From positions 1 through 36,954 of the forward strand of contig JAXLNO010000283.1 in the NCBI GenBank assembly GCA_038087875.1: a DNA stretch of 36,954 nucleotides. The letters run 5' to 3'. Each line of letters begins with the position of its first letter. Position 1 is the first letter of the stretch. The position numbers and the translations under genes were made by a program. The notes under the pieces are model-generated. The model worked only from the letters and a program-made list of their open reading frames with translations. It had not been told where the DNA came from and ran no database searches. The DNA is from Malacoraja senta. Lineage: Eukaryota. Of the stretch, positions 34,621 to 36,954 are shown piece by piece.

Positions 34621-35018
34621 GTGATAATGAAGACGTGCTCCAGAAGTGGTCTCAACCAGCTAAACAATTTCAGAACAGCTGGAAAAATTGCCACATCATA
34701 TCCCTCTAGGAAAACTGACAAGTCAAATCCATTCAGCTTACTCTCACCCATTTGAAAAGGCTGTGGACTGTGCTGGTAAATGGGATTAGTATAGATGAGC
34801 ACTGATGATTGACATTGACAATGGGCTGATTGATTAATGCATTGATTGATTCTATGATAAGTGATGCAAGTGAAACAGTGAGCTACGAAGGACCACTCGC
34901 TCACAATGCTCTACTCATAGACACCAAGTTCAGCTTCCACTTGCACCACCAGGCCAGGACCATACTGATGAACAAGCTAACTCTGAACAGGGGCAAAAGG
35001 ACTGGATTTTAAGTGAAA

Positions 35019-35667
35019 CTAGACCAAGTGGGACCCGTTGAGTCCCGTCCCCTCAACCCGCAGTTGCGGGGGGGAGGTCTGGGGGGCGTGGCGGCCTGCG
35101 GCATCACACATACACTAACCCCCCCCCACACACACACACTAACCGCCCACCTTGATATTATATTAATATTATTAATTTTCTCCTTTTACCCCATCCCCGC
35201 CCTATCCACTCACGCATAGCCCCCAACTCACAGGAGCGTCTAGAGAGGGAGAGGGAGGTAGCGAGAAGGGGCAGAGTGAGATGGGGCAGAGACTGAGAGA
35301 GAGGGGCAGAGACAGAGAGGGGGAGAGAGAGAGGGGGGAGAGAGAGGAGAGAGGCCGGGGAGAGAGAGGCGGGGATTAGCACGCAGATCCATTGTGACGT
35401 CATCAACGAAAGCCAGCCGGTTTTCTATCAAAGTTTTTTCAGATTTGTGAACATTTTGATTAATAACTCGAGAAATAATACATGATTTTTTTTCAGATAA
35501 GGCGATTTTGGACTCCAGAGGAAAAATCTCTACCGGAATATGTAAAAAGTTTTACCGTTAGCGCATAGTTTTTTCGAGAAGATGTGATCACACACAAACA
35601 AATAAACACTCTCACACACACAAATCCACATACAAGATCAGACTTATAATAGTTATATGGATATGGA
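35019..35667 (-). mobile_element. Non-autonomous Helitron
   Basis: Minus strand A|TC start at 35667, CTAG|T end at 35019, subterminal hairpin GGGACCC-GTT-GAGTCCC (35030-35046); no TSD; internal CA- and GA-rich tracts. Confidence 0.85.
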
Positions 35668-35699
35668 TGACAATGATTGGTCTTAATATTAATATTAAG

Positions 35700-36005
35700 A
35701 GAGTCAGAGAGATACAGCTCAGAAACAGCTATTCAGCCCACCAACCACTTAACACCCATTTACACTAATGTTACATTAATCCTATTTTTTTATCATTGCA
35801 TTCTCACCAACTCCTTTGAAATTCTACCACTAAGGGGAACTTAGTAGCCTTTTAGTTACAAAGGTTTGCGGGGGATTAATCCAAAACACCCAGAGGAAAC
35901 CCATTAAGTCACATGGTAAATATGCAAACTCCATGTTGACAGAACCATCGGTCAGGATTGAACTTGGGTCTGACATGAAACAATGGCTCTACTAGTTACA
36001 CCACT
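35700..36005 (-). mobile_element. Old degenerate HE1-like SINE
   Basis: GAGGAAACCCA..TGCAAACTCCA..GGATTGAAC is the reverse of the V-domain and B-box. Confidence 0.65.
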
Positions 36006-36558
36006 ATGCTATCATTACACGTTAGCATCTGACCTAGTGTACAACCAATGAATTTGAATGGAATTATAATCAGTGGAGGTTTCTTTTAAATTGCCCCCCC
36101 TGCCCCCCCCCACCTTAAACCTATACCCTCTAGTTTTCCTTGAAAGAATAAACGACAATTTGGTACAGTTGATAAAATCCTATTGCGATGTAAAATGTGT
36201 TTTGTGACAGGAATATCTAAAGAAATTTCTCTAAAGAAATATTATGAGGTTGCAAATAGATCTTTAGAGTCTGTAAACCAAAGTTATTCACTATTGTCAA
36301 AAAAAGTTGGTTTATTGTGGGACAGAAAGTACAATGATAGAAGCAGGTCAAAAATATTCAGTGAATTTTCAAGATCAGCTTAGTAAAAAGCTTTATTTTG
36401 CAATATATTTTCAAAGCAAAATTAAGGATCTCCCGCTCACCACTGAGAGAATATTAACAGAGACATAGTATTTATATCTGGAAATCCAAAGCAATAAATG
36501 TACCCAGACAGCTGCCAAAAATAGAAATTACATTTAAAGAGAGATAAAAATCACTTAC

Positions 36559-36682
36559 ATTCATTACCAGTGCACATAACTGAAACTGTTCCAGGGTGAT
36601 AATTTCATAGTAACATGGCTCCTGTGCTAGCTTCAAAACAGCACAACCAGCTGCCAGCCGCAGACGTGACATATCAGGTTTG
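36559..36682 (-). CDS. PDS5B: PDS5B coding exon (first in window): (S)[41 protein letters not shown]
   Basis: Translation matches vertebrate PDS5 HEAT region; acceptor CAG at 36683-36685, donor GTAAGT at 36553-36558; 124 nt. Confidence 0.95.
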
Positions 36683-36954
36683 CTGTGCAGGGGAAAACAG
36701 GAAAACAGACATTAATTGGGTGATAATTTGCCCTGTAAATTTATGATTTGGATAAAAACCATACTGGTGTTTAACTCTGCTTTAAATAACCTATTTATTA
36801 ATTGCGCCTTATTTCTCTAAAGAACGTTCTAAATAAAACATTTTAATGTTATGTCTGCACAAAAGACATCAGTTTCCTTCAATCTCATTCTGTTTTCAAT
36901 TAACATTTTAAACAAAATTTAAAGGCAGTTTATGATTTCTCACTGAGGAGGTTT

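Noticed and set aside
3446..36682. Gene being PDS5A
   Set aside because: C-terminal motifs (KQHAAVSEK, SESDEQQWPEEKR, AT-hooks) are PDS5B-specific.

Overview
Eukaryotic genomic DNA from a cartilaginous fish (skate/ray/shark, inferred from the HE1-type SINEs and CR1 LINE families). The whole window lies inside the 3' half of the cohesin regulator gene PDS5B on the minus strand. Eleven coding exons (36682 down to 3446; 1726 nt, phases join in frame, all introns GT-AG) encode the end of the HEAT region and the AT-hook-containing C-terminal tail. The upstream exons and the last exon lie outside the window. The introns are full of transposons: CR1 LINEs, HE1/V-SINEs, Rex/Babar remnants, a Tc1 IR/DR element with a nested insert, a Harbinger MITE, a Helitron and Penelope-like (GIY-YIG) remnants. 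The most interesting hidden signals are RNA-structural or mechanistic. (1) A 143-bp TSD-flanked retroposon at 25678-25820 begins with a compact HDV/CPEB3-type ribozyme fold. (2) More than ten short Penelope-derived repeats carry a minimal hammerhead ribozyme core, often as inverted pairs, and one pair has captured nearby intron DNA. (3) A 28-bp TIR-TIR scar with a perfect 8-bp TSD resembles a P-element-type excision footprint. (4) A DNA element nested in the Tc1 carries a possible Spin/Ssty Tudor-like remnant. Repeat boundaries are approximate unless defined by TSDs or TIRs. No databases were run.
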